DNA of 52,364 nucleotides from a virus (Duplodnaviria; Caudoviricetes): IMG/VR virus record IMGVR_UViG_3300030380_005007, positions 1 to 52,364 of that record; one strand, 5' to 3'. Shown piece by piece: positions 20,373 to 28,697 of this stretch (position 1 is its first letter; each line of letters starts with the position of its first letter). The notes under the pieces were generated by a model. It saw only the letters and a program-made list of their open reading frames with translations, ran no database searches and was not told where the DNA came from. The position numbers and the translations under genes were made by a program.

Positions 20373-21199
20373 AGCACTAAATCTACGATATTGGGGCTGT
20401 TGTAGATAGATAAATGACCGCCTTTTCCATGATTGGCGTACTCCTCAAGAAATCCGGACATTTTATCCCAACCTTGCTCCATCAGCTCTTCAGTCATTCT
20501 AAATACTTTTGAAGCATACGGCGGTTTCTTTTCTTGGGCTACAAAGACAAATTCTTTTACTTTGAATCCAGCTTTTTCCATACCTCTTCTGTACCAAGCC
20601 GCTTGCATGTCATAACCATACTTACGCACTGATCCTGCAAATTCTTTTGGGTGGCAGCTTTGAGTTGTTTTGTAATCAACAACAACAATTTCATTCGCTG
20701 AGTAAGGTTTTTGTACCGGCGGACAGATAACATCTGGACGACACTTACAAAGCACATCGCCTTCATACCAATAAAAACTAGCCTCTGCGACTTTGCCTTC
20801 TGCATCTAAATACATACGACCTTCTTCGATCATATTGTTATTCATCGCTTTAATATCCTTCATCTCCACTTCTTTAATAACAGTTAGGCCTCTCTCTTCA
20901 TACTCTTTTTTAAGTTCTTTATTTGCGTTGGTATAAGGTGATCCAGCAATTACCGCAACGGTATTGTTGAATTCATCTTCACCCTCTACTAATAACGCAT
21001 GAGCCGCCGTACCAAAATTCATAGCAGGCGTGGTTTCTTGAACGTGTTCAATAGCGTGTAATTGAGATCGACCAAACGATCTAATATAACTACTGCTAAG
21101 TCCTGGCCCTGCATGGTAGACGGAGTTGGGTATATCTCCGAAAACAAAGCAATCGCCTTTTTGCTCAAACTTATAATCTTTTAATTCTTCAATCTGCAT
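20369..21199 (-). CDS. RecE/exonuclease VIII-like (DUF3799) nuclease
   Basis: YHA..GLSSS, FGTAAH, CKCRPD, VDYKTT, YDMQAAWY. Confidence 0.9.
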   Translation of the reverse strand: MQIEELKDYKFEQKGDCFVFGDIPNSVYHAGPGLSSSYIRSFGRSQLHAIEHVQETTPAMNFGTAAHALLVEGEDEFNNTVAVIAGSPYTNANKELKKEYEERGLTVIKEVEMKDIKAMNNNMIEEGRMYLDAEGKVAEASFYWYEGDVLCKCRPDVICPPVQKPYSANEIVVVDYKTTQSCHPKEFAGSVRKYGYDMQAAWYRRGMEKAGFKVKEFVFVAQEKKPPYASKVFRMTEELMEQGWDKMSGFLEEYANHGKGGHLSIYNSPNIVDLVL

Positions 21200-21476
21200 A
21201 TTTGTACCTCGGTTTTAAAACCAATATTACTTTTTTTGAAATCATCGGCTCTGGCCAATACTTCAAATGTTTATACAAAGACAGCATATTATTTTTCACA
21301 CTATCTTCTTTATATATGGGCTCTCCTATCTTTTTCCAGAACTTAACTATCTCTCGATACTCTCCTCTGTTACCTACAAACGCAACATCTAAATCTGTTC
21401 CGTTGTAAGGTAGATAGACCAACCCCCCTAAATGTTTTCTGAATGGGTAAAAACTTATTGGCTTTCCTATCTCCAT
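21189..21476 (-). CDS. Hypothetical protein
   Basis: 95 aa, overlaps neighbours. Confidence 0.55.
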   Translation of the reverse strand: MEIGKPISFYPFRKHLGGLVYLPYNGTDLDVAFVGNRGEYREIVKFWKKIGEPIYKEDSVKNNMLSLYKHLKYWPEPMISKKVILVLKPRYKYAD

Positions 21477-23071
21477 AAATGATTTACCACATTTGGAAAC
21501 TTACCGCTAAAATCGACCTTAATCGCTCCTGGCTGATTTATTTCTGTTTGTCTGAATAACGCCTCGTCAACTGTTCTTGGGGGCGATCTGCGTAGGCTTT
21601 CACCGCTTACGACTTTGTTCCACCACGCTACCGCTTTGTCCCTCGCATATCCGGTATGCTCAAAACAAACATATTCGCTGATTATTTTTCTTGGGGTTTT
21701 ATAGCTGACTTTTAGTACAGGTATGTTTTTGGCTTTTGAAAGATGATGAGCAACCCACATATCGAATACAGGTATTTCGTATTTTTCTTTTTTCTTTTGC
21801 TTGGAAATAATATCCAACTGAGATGCAACTAAATCTAATTGGATCTTCCGCATTGGAAACTCATAGCCACAATCTGGACATCTGTTGGCAGCTTTAGCTA
21901 CATACGATCCGCACTCTTTACAAGATTTAACAAGCATCTCGCCTGTCTTTTTGCGTTTGCCTTTTTGATTAGGCTTGATTTGGTTCACAGGACCATGACG
22001 CTCAATATTTTTTGCAAAGTCCAAGACCAAACAGTTTTCTTTGCCTTCTGCTGTTCGCATACCACGTCCCATCATTTGGACGTATAAGCCGGGGCTTAAA
22101 GTGGGGCGTAGCATCACGATCATATCGGTATTAGGTGCATCAAACCCTGTCGTTAAAACATCACAATTAACTAAAGCCCTGATCTTGCCTGCCTTATAAT
22201 CAGCTATCAATTGATCTCTCTCTGTTGGACTTGTATCACCGGTCACGACTCTCGCGCTGACATTACTGAAATTTAATATTCTGCAGACCATTTCAGCATG
22301 AGATATGCCAGCGCAAAAGATCAACCATTGTTTTCTGTTTTGTCCTTTGGTTAAAACTTCTTGCATTGCTTTTTGCGTTCTACCTGAATCGTTCATTTTC
22401 TTTTGTAGATCGCTGGTAACAAACTCTCCTCCGCGCATCGGAACATCATCAACCTCGTATTCAGTATCCATACACTTTGTTACTAAGGGTGATAAATAAC
22501 CGTCGTCGATCAAGCGAATAAAATTCTCACCGCTGCCAAAGTCGATCACGATATCGTCAAAGATAGCGCCTTCTCCCTCTGTCAGCATTCCAGAATTTAA
22601 TCTATAAGGAGTAGCAGTAAAACCGACGACGGTTAAATTTGGATTCTTTTCGCGTAAGGCGACGATGAGAGAACGATACATTCCCTCACCGTCTTTAGGA
22701 ACAAGATGAGCTTCATCGATCAACAATAGATCAAATGTAGGGAGGTACTCAACTTTATTCCAAACCGATTGCAGTTGGGCATAAATAATATCGTTATCGG
22801 TATCTCGACGGCCTAAACTGTTGCCGTACATTCCGATATGGCCTTCCCAAACTTGCTCTAACTTTTCGTAGTTTTGAAAAAGTATTTCTTTAACATGTGA
22901 AACAATTAACGCTTTTGAATTTTTTTGTTGGTTCATATGCCGTACAAATTCAGCGATCACGTGTGATTTGCCTGAACCTGTTGGCATCACCACAAGAGGA
23001 TTATCTGTTTCTATTGCAACATAGTTTTCTAACGCATCAAGTGCTTCTTGTTGATAATCTCTGAGTGGCAT
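21467..23071 (-). CDS. SF2 DEAH helicase (RadD/YejH-like) with Zn finger
   Basis: LRDYQ, PTGSGKS, DEAH, TATP, LTTGFD, QMMGRGMR, CxxC...CPxC; start placed at MPLRDYQ (23071). Confidence 0.92.
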   Translation of the reverse strand: MPLRDYQQEALDALENYVAIETDNPLVVMPTGSGKSHVIAEFVRHMNQQKNSKALIVSHVKEILFQNYEKLEQVWEGHIGMYGNSLGRRDTDNDIIYAQLQSVWNKVEYLPTFDLLLIDEAHLVPKDGEGMYRSLIVALREKNPNLTVVGFTATPYRLNSGMLTEGEGAIFDDIVIDFGSGENFIRLIDDGYLSPLVTKCMDTEYEVDDVPMRGGEFVTSDLQKKMNDSGRTQKAMQEVLTKGQNRKQWLIFCAGISHAEMVCRILNFSNVSARVVTGDTSPTERDQLIADYKAGKIRALVNCDVLTTGFDAPNTDMIVMLRPTLSPGLYVQMMGRGMRTAEGKENCLVLDFAKNIERHGPVNQIKPNQKGKRKKTGEMLVKSCKECGSYVAKAANRCPDCGYEFPMRKIQLDLVASQLDIISKQKKKEKYEIPVFDMWVAHHLSKAKNIPVLKVSYKTPRKIISEYVCFEHTGYARDKAVAWWNKVVSGESLRRSPPRTVDEALFRQTEINQPGAIKVDFSGKFPNVVNHLWR

Positions 23072-23143
23072 ATTACTTGTCTTTTTTTTCTCTTGATCCG
23101 CCAGGCAACTGCTCAGGATCAAACCAACCGCATGGATAGCCAA

Positions 23144-23293
23144 TCACTTGCCTTGACCTCTGTATGCTTTGAAGTTTCTTTTTTTGTTTTTATTCATATT
23201 GGCGAAACCTATATTTCTTCTACCAATACTTGTTCGTTTGCCACGCCCTCTGGTCGCAGGGGTGTGGGTTGTTTTAGTCCACGTCTTTGCCAT
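23144..23293 (-). CDS. Small basic peptide ending YRGQGK (49 aa, not in ORF track)
   Basis: AGGAG RBS; MAKTWTKTTHTPATRGRGKRTSIGRRNIGFANMNKNKKRNFKAYRGQGK. Confidence 0.65.
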   Translation of the reverse strand: MAKTWTKTTHTPATRGRGKRTSIGRRNIGFANMNKNKKRNFKAYRGQGK

Positions 23294-23462
23294 TTTTTCT
23301 CCTAGGTGGGTTAATTAATTCAAAATAAAATCGTTTATCATTGATTGCATCAGCAACAATTTCCATCAACTCTTCAGTTGTTTGCTTCTCGCCAAACACA
23401 TCTTCTTCAGTCATTACGACTAGCTTCATTACTTGTTTATGTTTATATTTATTTTTCGTCAT
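23274..23462 (-). CDS. Hypothetical protein
   Basis: Overlapping small-gene run. Confidence 0.5.
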   Translation of the reverse strand: MTKNKYKHKQVMKLVVMTEEDVFGEKQTTEELMEIVADAINDKRFYFELINPPRRKNGKDVD

Positions 23463-23640
23463 GCCTTATCTCTGCTTCTCCGGTTATATATTCTTCAATC
23501 TCGTATAAAGTGTCATACAGAACGTCATACTTTTTTTGTAGCCATTCTTTTTCTGGTATCTCTTTTCTTCTTTTAAATAAGTAGTTACGTATATCTCTTA
23601 TCTGTATAACTATACGCAACTCGTCTTCGTTCCAATTCAC
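23449..23640 (-). CDS. Hypothetical protein
   Basis: Overlapping small-gene run. Confidence 0.5.
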   Translation of the reverse strand: MNWNEDELRIVIQIRDIRNYLFKRRKEIPEKEWLQKKYDVLYDTLYEIEEYITGEAEIRHDEK

Positions 23641-23710
23641 CCTTCATTCCAAAAATAAAAAAATAACTGAGATAAAAAGCAAGCCTGCAAGTATAGTCAT
23701 CAAGGTAGGA

Positions 23711-23947
23711 TCAAACATCTTTTTTTCTTCTTGATTTTGCTTTTGCGTTATTGCGCTTTCTAATATCTTCAAACTCAGGTTGTAATCTTTCCCAAAGTTC
23801 ATCTTTACATGCTTGCTTTTCTTTGCCTTCAAGTCCGATAATAATTAGCTCTGACTTCTTGGGTATGTAAGTCTGATGATATTGTTTTTCTTTATCGCGC
23901 CATTCCCATTCGATAGCTCGATCATTAAATACAGTATAGTTGGTCAC
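23711..23947 (-). CDS. Hypothetical protein
   Basis: GAGG RBS, GTGA overlap. Confidence 0.55.
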   Translation of the reverse strand: MTNYTVFNDRAIEWEWRDKEKQYHQTYIPKKSELIIIGLEGKEKQACKDELWERLQPEFEDIRKRNNAKAKSRRKKDV

Positions 23948-24126
23948 TTGCTTGCCTCCTTAAATGCTTTTTCAAATAGCGCAGGATGATGCGAATAGAT
24001 GTACTCAACAAACTTACTGATTCGTTTGTATGAATCCAAGTCTTGTTGTAATTGGTTGGACCCTTTGACGGGGCTTGGCTGTTGAATGGCTAACACGCCT
24101 TCAATTAAGTTTTTTACTTCGTTCAT
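23944..24126 (-). CDS. Hypothetical protein, first gene of leftward replication operon
   Basis: GGAGG RBS; promoter upstream. Confidence 0.65.
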   Translation of the reverse strand: MNEVKNLIEGVLAIQQPSPVKGSNQLQQDLDSYKRISKFVEYIYSHHPALFEKAFKEASK

Positions 24127-24152
24127 TTATACCTCCAAAATGTATATTACTA

Positions 24153-24197
24153 AATGTATCAAATACTTCTTGCTTTGTAAACAAAAATCGTTATACT
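24153..24197. promoter_or_regulatory. Overlapping divergent sigma70-like promoters
   Basis: Leftward TTTACA(24181-24176)-17-TACATT(24158-24153); rightward TTGCTT(24170)-16-TATACT(24192). Confidence 0.55.
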
Positions 24198-24210
24198 TAA
24201 CGTAGATAGT

Positions 24211-24447
24211 ATGAGAAACCAATATATGAATATACAAAAAACAATAAGGATGATTGACAAACTTAGAGATGTGCAAAGAGATTCTTTTGTCGATTTGATT
24301 CGCGCATATTTTAAGACCGGCGGCGTAGAAATAGAAACGCCTGGAGTCTTGATCGAACAAATTAAAAACGATCGAGATGTGTTAATCGATTTAGTTAACA
24401 GTATCGCTGATAGACAAATCAACGATTTAGAACAAAAGGTAAATTAA
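24211..24447 (+). CDS. Hypothetical protein (near-leaderless mRNA predicted)
   Basis: ATG 13 nt after -10 box. Confidence 0.55.
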   Translation: MRNQYMNIQKTIRMIDKLRDVQRDSFVDLIRAYFKTGGVEIETPGVLIEQIKNDRDVLIDLVNSIADRQINDLEQKVN

Positions 24448-24448
24448 T

Positions 24449-24640
24449 ATGGGAAGAATGTCAGATTTACATATCGGTATGTGCTCAGATGCAGAAACCG
24501 TTATTGACGATTGCGAGTCTTTTGAGGAGTTTTGCGATCGTATGGTTAAGATTAATTACTTGTATGTACCAAGCATGATTAAAGACATATGGGATGAGTT
24601 TCATATGAATGCTTATTACAAGTATGGCCCAGAGGGTTAG
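24449..24640 (+). CDS. Hypothetical protein
   Basis: AAGG RBS, MGRMSDLHI N-terminus. Confidence 0.6.
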   Translation: MGRMSDLHIGMCSDAETVIDDCESFEEFCDRMVKINYLYVPSMIKDIWDEFHMNAYYKYGPEG

Positions 24641-24649
24641 TCTTCGCGA

Positions 24650-24890
24650 GCAGGCAAATACGTCTGGCCTGTTAAAATATTAAGAAGACGCTTTAGCCGT
24701 GCAGGTCTTTTTCATACCCTGCCTCCGTAACTTTGAGGTGTAGTTACCGGCGCAAACACCTCACCTATTTTAGTCGTCGCGGGTCCTTTTTTATTTTTCA
24801 TTCCCGCGTTTGGTAATGACGGGGTTTTTCCATTTCCTCGTATATAACTCTAAGGCGTAGTTAACGACGAAACGCCTTACTTTTCTTTTT
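24650..24890 (+). ncRNA. Putative structured RNA: three H-type pseudoknots and three hairpins with anti-start-codon loops
   Basis: GTAACT/AGTTAC + TGAGGTGT/ACACCTCA (24727-24763) and TAACT/AGTTA + TAAGGCGT/ACGCCTTA (24845-24879) show two compensatory changes; ends in U-tract. Confidence 0.65.
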
Positions 24891-24915
24891 AACCAAATTT
24901 AGCTAAACTCAAGAT

Positions 24916-25185
24916 ATGAAAGTCTTGGATATTAAAAAGAAGAAACCTTCTGTTGAAGAAGCGCAACGTCGCTTAGAAAAATTATTCTCGGAATTTATCG
25001 AACGCGGTTGCGATCAAGAGTTTCTCGCACTCTTGTTTTTTACTTTCAGCGTCACCGAAGTTTTCAATCACGCCACCACAACAAGCGAAGGATTAAAGAA
25101 AATAGATGATATTTTATATTCTACCTTTGGCGTAGAAAAACAAATCATTTTTACCCCAGAATTACCCCCGGAATTTGACGAATAG
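24916..25185 (+). CDS. Hypothetical protein
   Basis: 89 aa ORF. Confidence 0.55.
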   Translation: MKVLDIKKKKPSVEEAQRRLEKLFSEFIERGCDQEFLALLFFTFSVTEVFNHATTTSEGLKKIDDILYSTFGVEKQIIFTPELPPEFDE

Positions 25186-25527
25186 TTTTGTCATAAAGTT
25201 CTGACAAAAGACCCCCTTCATTATCGGAATTAGTCGCATTTAGGTGCGATTTGGTAATAGTTTTGTCATATTGTCAGATTTGTCAAAACAGCGCAAATGC
25301 AGTAGCAGAGCACTTTTGGCAGTTTTGTCGTTTTGTCAGAGTACCCCCTTAGAATCTCTATAAATCCCTACAAAATCGTAAAATAAATGGGGGGGTAAAG
25401 AAAAGTATGACAAAACTAATAATATGACTAAATATATATATAATATTATATAAATATATTACCTTATATCAGTATTTTATAGATGTTGAATAGTTTTGTC
25501 AGAGTTTTGTCAAAGGCTTTGACAAAA
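25184..25527. repeat. Iteron array (TTTTGTCA) with AT-rich core: putative replication origin
   Basis: About 11 (T)TTTGTCA-like copies in both orientations; AT-rich tract ~25417-25480. Confidence 0.6.
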
Positions 25528-25564
25528 GTATCTGCAAAAGATGTGATAAACTTGTTGATATAGT

Positions 25565-25726
25565 ATGAAAAAAAAGGTATTAGTTGAGGAATGTCGGAAG
25601 CATTTACACCCCGATATTATTGAATTATTAGAAAAGCCTGTTATCGTAGACATTATAGAAACATTTGACGGAGTTTTAATAGATGCCAGCATACGACATG
25701 AGGATCCGCAGATCGATCAAAGTTGA
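25565..25726 (+). CDS. 53-aa protein resembling DNA Pol III tau (DnaX) C-terminal peptide (not in ORF track)
   Basis: MKKKVLVEECRKHLHPDIIELLEKPVIVDIIETFDGVLIDASIRHEDPQIDQS. Confidence 0.55.
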   Translation: MKKKVLVEECRKHLHPDIIELLEKPVIVDIIETFDGVLIDASIRHEDPQIDQS

Positions 25727-26300
25727 GCCAACGTTAGAACCCGTTGACGATATGCCGATTGAATATATGAACGAAGATGAAAAACATCTAACCAAACGCC
25801 AACGATTACTTGTCTGGAATGCAGTCAACGATCCTACCCTTACATTTTCAGAGGCCGCGAAGAAAGCGGGATATAAAAATCCTGTTGTTGTCGGGAGATA
25901 TATGCGTCCTGGCGGGAAGTATGCACATGTGCGTCGGGAGTATGAACGGCTGATGTCGGAGGCTAAAAAGAAATTTGAGTTGACGCATGATAAAGCTGTC
26001 GAAGATTTATATAAACTTAGAGATGACGCTTGGGGGCAAGATAACTTTACGGCTGCGATTAACGCTCAGAATTTATTGATGAAACTTGGCGGGCTCATTG
26101 TAGATCGTCGGGAAGTATTGCATGGCAAGGTTGACCAAATGAGTCGGGAAGATGTTGAGAAACGCTTGGCCCAGTTAATCGGGACTAAGGCTATTGAGAA
26201 TCAGCAGTCGGGTCGGGTAATTGAAGATAAGTCGGAATCAATTACAGTAGATGATTTACTCAAATCGGGTAGTCGGGAAAAGGTCGGGAAAAAGAAATAA
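25683..26300 (+). CDS. terS: Terminase small subunit
   Basis: LTKRQR...SEAAKKAGYK HTH, then AAINAQNLLMKLGG oligomerisation helix. Confidence 0.75.
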   Translation: MPAYDMRIRRSIKVEPTLEPVDDMPIEYMNEDEKHLTKRQRLLVWNAVNDPTLTFSEAAKKAGYKNPVVVGRYMRPGGKYAHVRREYERLMSEAKKKFELTHDKAVEDLYKLRDDAWGQDNFTAAINAQNLLMKLGGLIVDRREVLHGKVDQMSREDVEKRLAQLIGTKAIENQQSGRVIEDKSESITVDDLLKSGSREKVGKKK

Positions 26301-26322
26301 GCCTACTCAAAGAATAGGCTTA
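26298..26322. terminator. Stem-loop between convergent genes
   Basis: TAAGCCTA-9-TAGGCTTA. Confidence 0.5.
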
Positions 26323-26513
26323 GCAATCAATTCATCTTTTTTACGCTTATCGAAATGAGATCGAGTAATCTCACCGTTGACTTTGAAGGTGTCCAGATGA
26401 TGAATGTTCTTAGGCTTATTGATCATAATCATTAAACCGCTAACAGAATTCATTTCCTTTTCTCTCTCAAGGTCTTTCTGGCGTTGTTTTACTTTATTGT
26501 TGTATTGCGTCAT
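26307..26513 (-). CDS. Hypothetical early protein
   Basis: AAGGAG RBS. Confidence 0.55.
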   Translation of the reverse strand: MTQYNNKVKQRQKDLEREKEMNSVSGLMIMINKPKNIHHLDTFKVNGEITRSHFDKRKKDELIAKPIL

Positions 26514-26625
26514 TTTGATACTCCTTCTTTAATAATTTTAACACTTCTAAAACTTCTGCACTTTTATAGCCGTCATCACCGATAACTATATCAACGGCTT
26601 CCTTAATTAGTTCTTCGTTATACAT
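26494..26625 (-). CDS. Hypothetical early protein (43 aa, not in track)
   Basis: GAGGAGAACGAAGATG RBS/start; MYNEELIKEAVDIVIGDDG... Confidence 0.55.
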   Translation of the reverse strand: MYNEELIKEAVDIVIGDDGYKSAEVLEVLKLLKKEYQNDAIQQ

Positions 26626-26791
26626 CTTCGTTCTCCTCATATTCAATATCAGATATTTCATTATCTGTTAATTCTATATTATGTTCTTCTTGAAAAGATT
26701 GTTTAACCCATTCAATATATTCTTCTTTTGTTTCACATTCTCTCCCTATGTCAAGAATAGAATATGTTATTACGCTAGTCCAAGTTTTCAT
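26618..26791 (-). CDS. Acidic early protein (57 aa, not in track)
   Basis: Same GAGGAGAACGAAGATG RBS/start; MKTWTSVITYSILD... Confidence 0.55.
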   Translation of the reverse strand: MKTWTSVITYSILDIGRECETKEEYIEWVKQSFQEEHNIELTDNEISDIEYEENEDV

Positions 26792-26954
26792 CTTCGTTCT
26801 CCTCTATAAATGATTCGGTTAATATAAATCTGTTTTTCTTGGCTATCTTTTCCAAGATTGGATAACAAGCATCAAAGTATTCTTCATCATTGAATGTTGC
26901 TATCTCCTCAGCGTATGAGCCTTTAGGTGTTTCAAAGTAAACTTTAATTTTCAT
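26775..26954 (-). CDS. Hypothetical early protein (59 aa, not in track)
   Basis: GGAGA RBS; MKIKVYFETPKGSYAEEIATF... Confidence 0.55.
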   Translation of the reverse strand: MKIKVYFETPKGSYAEEIATFNDEEYFDACYPILEKIAKKNRFILTESFIEENEDENLD

Positions 26955-27114
26955 TTAGTTCTCCCATAAACTCTTTATACATATCTCCTTCTTCAGATAG
27001 ATAGACTGTTTTTTTCGTATCTTCATTTCCGCAAAAAGGACACACCTCAATAAACTTATTTTTTTCGCCGTATAAGTTATCGCACTTTAGACAATGAACA
27101 ACTCTTAATATCAT
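26944..27114 (-). CDS. Zn-ribbon early protein (56 aa, not in track)
   Basis: GGAGG RBS; CLKC...CPFC. Confidence 0.6.
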   Translation of the reverse strand: MILRVVHCLKCDNLYGEKNKFIEVCPFCGNEDTKKTVYLSEEGDMYKEFMGELNEN

Positions 27115-27320
27115 TTTATACCTCCATTATGATTTACCCATTCAGACCAACCCATAGTAGTCTTTTGATCTTGGTCCTTAAGTTTATCTTCGAAAAAATA
27201 AACAACTGCCACACAACCTTTAGTCGCACATTCTGTAATCCTGTAATCAATCTCAGGTGGAATGTTAGATGCACCTAACATATCAGCTACTTCGTCAATC
27301 GTTATTTTATTGTTGGTCAT
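27111..27320 (-). CDS. Hypothetical early protein
   Basis: AGGAG RBS. Confidence 0.55.
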   Translation of the reverse strand: MTNNKITIDEVADMLGASNIPPEIDYRITECATKGCVAVVYFFEDKLKDQDQKTTMGWSEWVNHNGGIK

Positions 27321-27433
27321 TTTCTATTTCTCCTTTTCATTCCTTTTTTATAAATCCTATCGGCTTGGCGTTGTAATGATTTTTCTATCTGTCTGTCTAG
27401 CCATTTTCTAAACCATTGTCTAAGTTTTCCCAT
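27317..27433 (-). CDS. Basic amphipathic peptide (38 aa, not in track)
   Basis: MGKLRQWFRKWLDRQIEKSLQRQADRIYKKGMKRRNRK; coupled on both sides. Confidence 0.5.
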   Translation of the reverse strand: MGKLRQWFRKWLDRQIEKSLQRQADRIYKKGMKRRNRK

Positions 27434-27621
27434 TATTCGCACCAATCCCTGTCGTACACCTCAACCGCATAATCGTTCCAATTAGATCGATCAGGTAATT
27501 GTTTTTTCATAATTTGTTGTTGGTTATCGTAAAACTTTTCTTTAGCGTCTTCGTAATCTTCAGCATTATCAATTTCAACTTCGTAATAAAACTTCTCAAC
27601 AATATGTAATTTCATTTTCAT
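27433..27621 (-). CDS. Hypothetical early protein
   Basis: Coupled small gene. Confidence 0.55.
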   Translation of the reverse strand: MKMKLHIVEKFYYEVEIDNAEDYEDAKEKFYDNQQQIMKKQLPDRSNWNDYAVEVYDRDWCE

Positions 27622-27941
27622 TTTGATACCCCGTTTTCATCCATAAGCATAAAATCTACTTCAACCTCTGCATTACAAGTAGCACTATCTCCCATACAGT
27701 AAAAATCTTGTTCTAATATTTCCCCCGTATGATCTAGGATTTCGTATCCGCCTTCGCCTCTCTCATCACCTACAAGATGGTCATAGCCGTCCTCACTTCG
27801 CATAGCCTTAATCCACCTATCGCAAGGTTTTTGTTCAAACTCTCTAATGAAGTATCCCTTGTATTCATACTCTCGTAAGAGAATTGTTCCCTCTAGGTAA
27901 TCATTTTGGTTAAATTCAAATTTAGATATTTGTTTATTCAT
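27618..27941 (-). CDS. Acidic early protein
   Basis: GGAGA RBS. Confidence 0.6.
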   Translation of the reverse strand: MNKQISKFEFNQNDYLEGTILLREYEYKGYFIREFEQKPCDRWIKAMRSEDGYDHLVGDERGEGGYEILDHTGEILEQDFYCMGDSATCNAEVEVDFMLMDENGVSK

Positions 27942-27944
27942 TTT

Positions 27945-28247
27945 TTATCTCCAATTAATATTTTCCAATTCGTAATCAACTATCTCTGAATCTTCTAATC
28001 CTTCATCAAAAGACATACCTATAATTGATTGCTCGTCTTTGATCTCGTCCATTTCAATAGTGAAACCAACTGAATTATCAAAATCTAACATTCCTTCATA
28101 ATTACCCTCATTACTTTCAAAATCCCAAGAGTTAAATAGATCAGCAAAATGATCATTGCCCAACCATAGGTATTTGTAATTACTTCCGTTTTTTAATTCA
28201 GCATAAATTATTCTTGATTGTTGAATTGTTGCTAATTCATTACTCAT
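27945..28247 (-). CDS. Highly acidic early protein
   Basis: GGAGA RBS; Asp/Glu-rich. Confidence 0.6.
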   Translation of the reverse strand: MSNELATIQQSRIIYAELKNGSNYKYLWLGNDHFADLFNSWDFESNEGNYEGMLDFDNSVGFTIEMDEIKDEQSIIGMSFDEGLEDSEIVDYELENINWR

Positions 28248-28677
28248 TATTTTCTCCCATATTCTTAAATTGAATTTCTACATCATCACCATATGTTTGT
28301 TGATGGTCATATAACTGTTTGGATAACTGATAAATAATTTGATGAAGTTCGTATCTATCTTTCCACCTTTTGCGCTGAAAGATTTCTTTTTCTACAACAC
28401 TTTCCTTTTCTTGGAAATAGATAGCAACCCATTCAGCATGTTCAAGTCGGATACCATAGGCGTTGCCGTGTTCTTTTCTGCTACCTCTACCTCTGTTTCT
28501 AAATTGATAGCGGTCTTTGTTTAGACACTTAGATAGATACTCTAGTAGTTCTCTGCCATTAGTAATTGGTTTTTCCAGATCGCCTAACGGAATACTAGCC
28601 AATTGTCGGGGCGGTACTGATTCATCTTTTTTAAAAAAGGTGGCTAAGTTCCCGTAATCAAGATATTTGTTTTTCAT
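28240..28677 (-). CDS. Hypothetical early protein, first of leftward early operon
   Basis: AGGAGA RBS. Confidence 0.65.
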   Translation of the reverse strand: MKNKYLDYGNLATFFKKDESVPPRQLASIPLGDLEKPITNGRELLEYLSKCLNKDRYQFRNRGRGSRKEHGNAYGIRLEHAEWVAIYFQEKESVVEKEIFQRKRWKDRYELHQIIYQLSKQLYDHQQTYGDDVEIQFKNMGENNE

Positions 28678-28697
28678 TTTTTATCTCCTATAAAAAT

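Noticed and set aside
23072-23143. N-terminal extension of the helicase in the ORF track
   Set aside because: The LRDYQ motif normally lies at the N-terminus; ATG 23071 fits better and another frame fills the gap
24650-24890. tmRNA
   Set aside because: Has pseudoknots but no tRNA-like acceptor/T-arm ends and no tag ORF ending in ALAA-like residues
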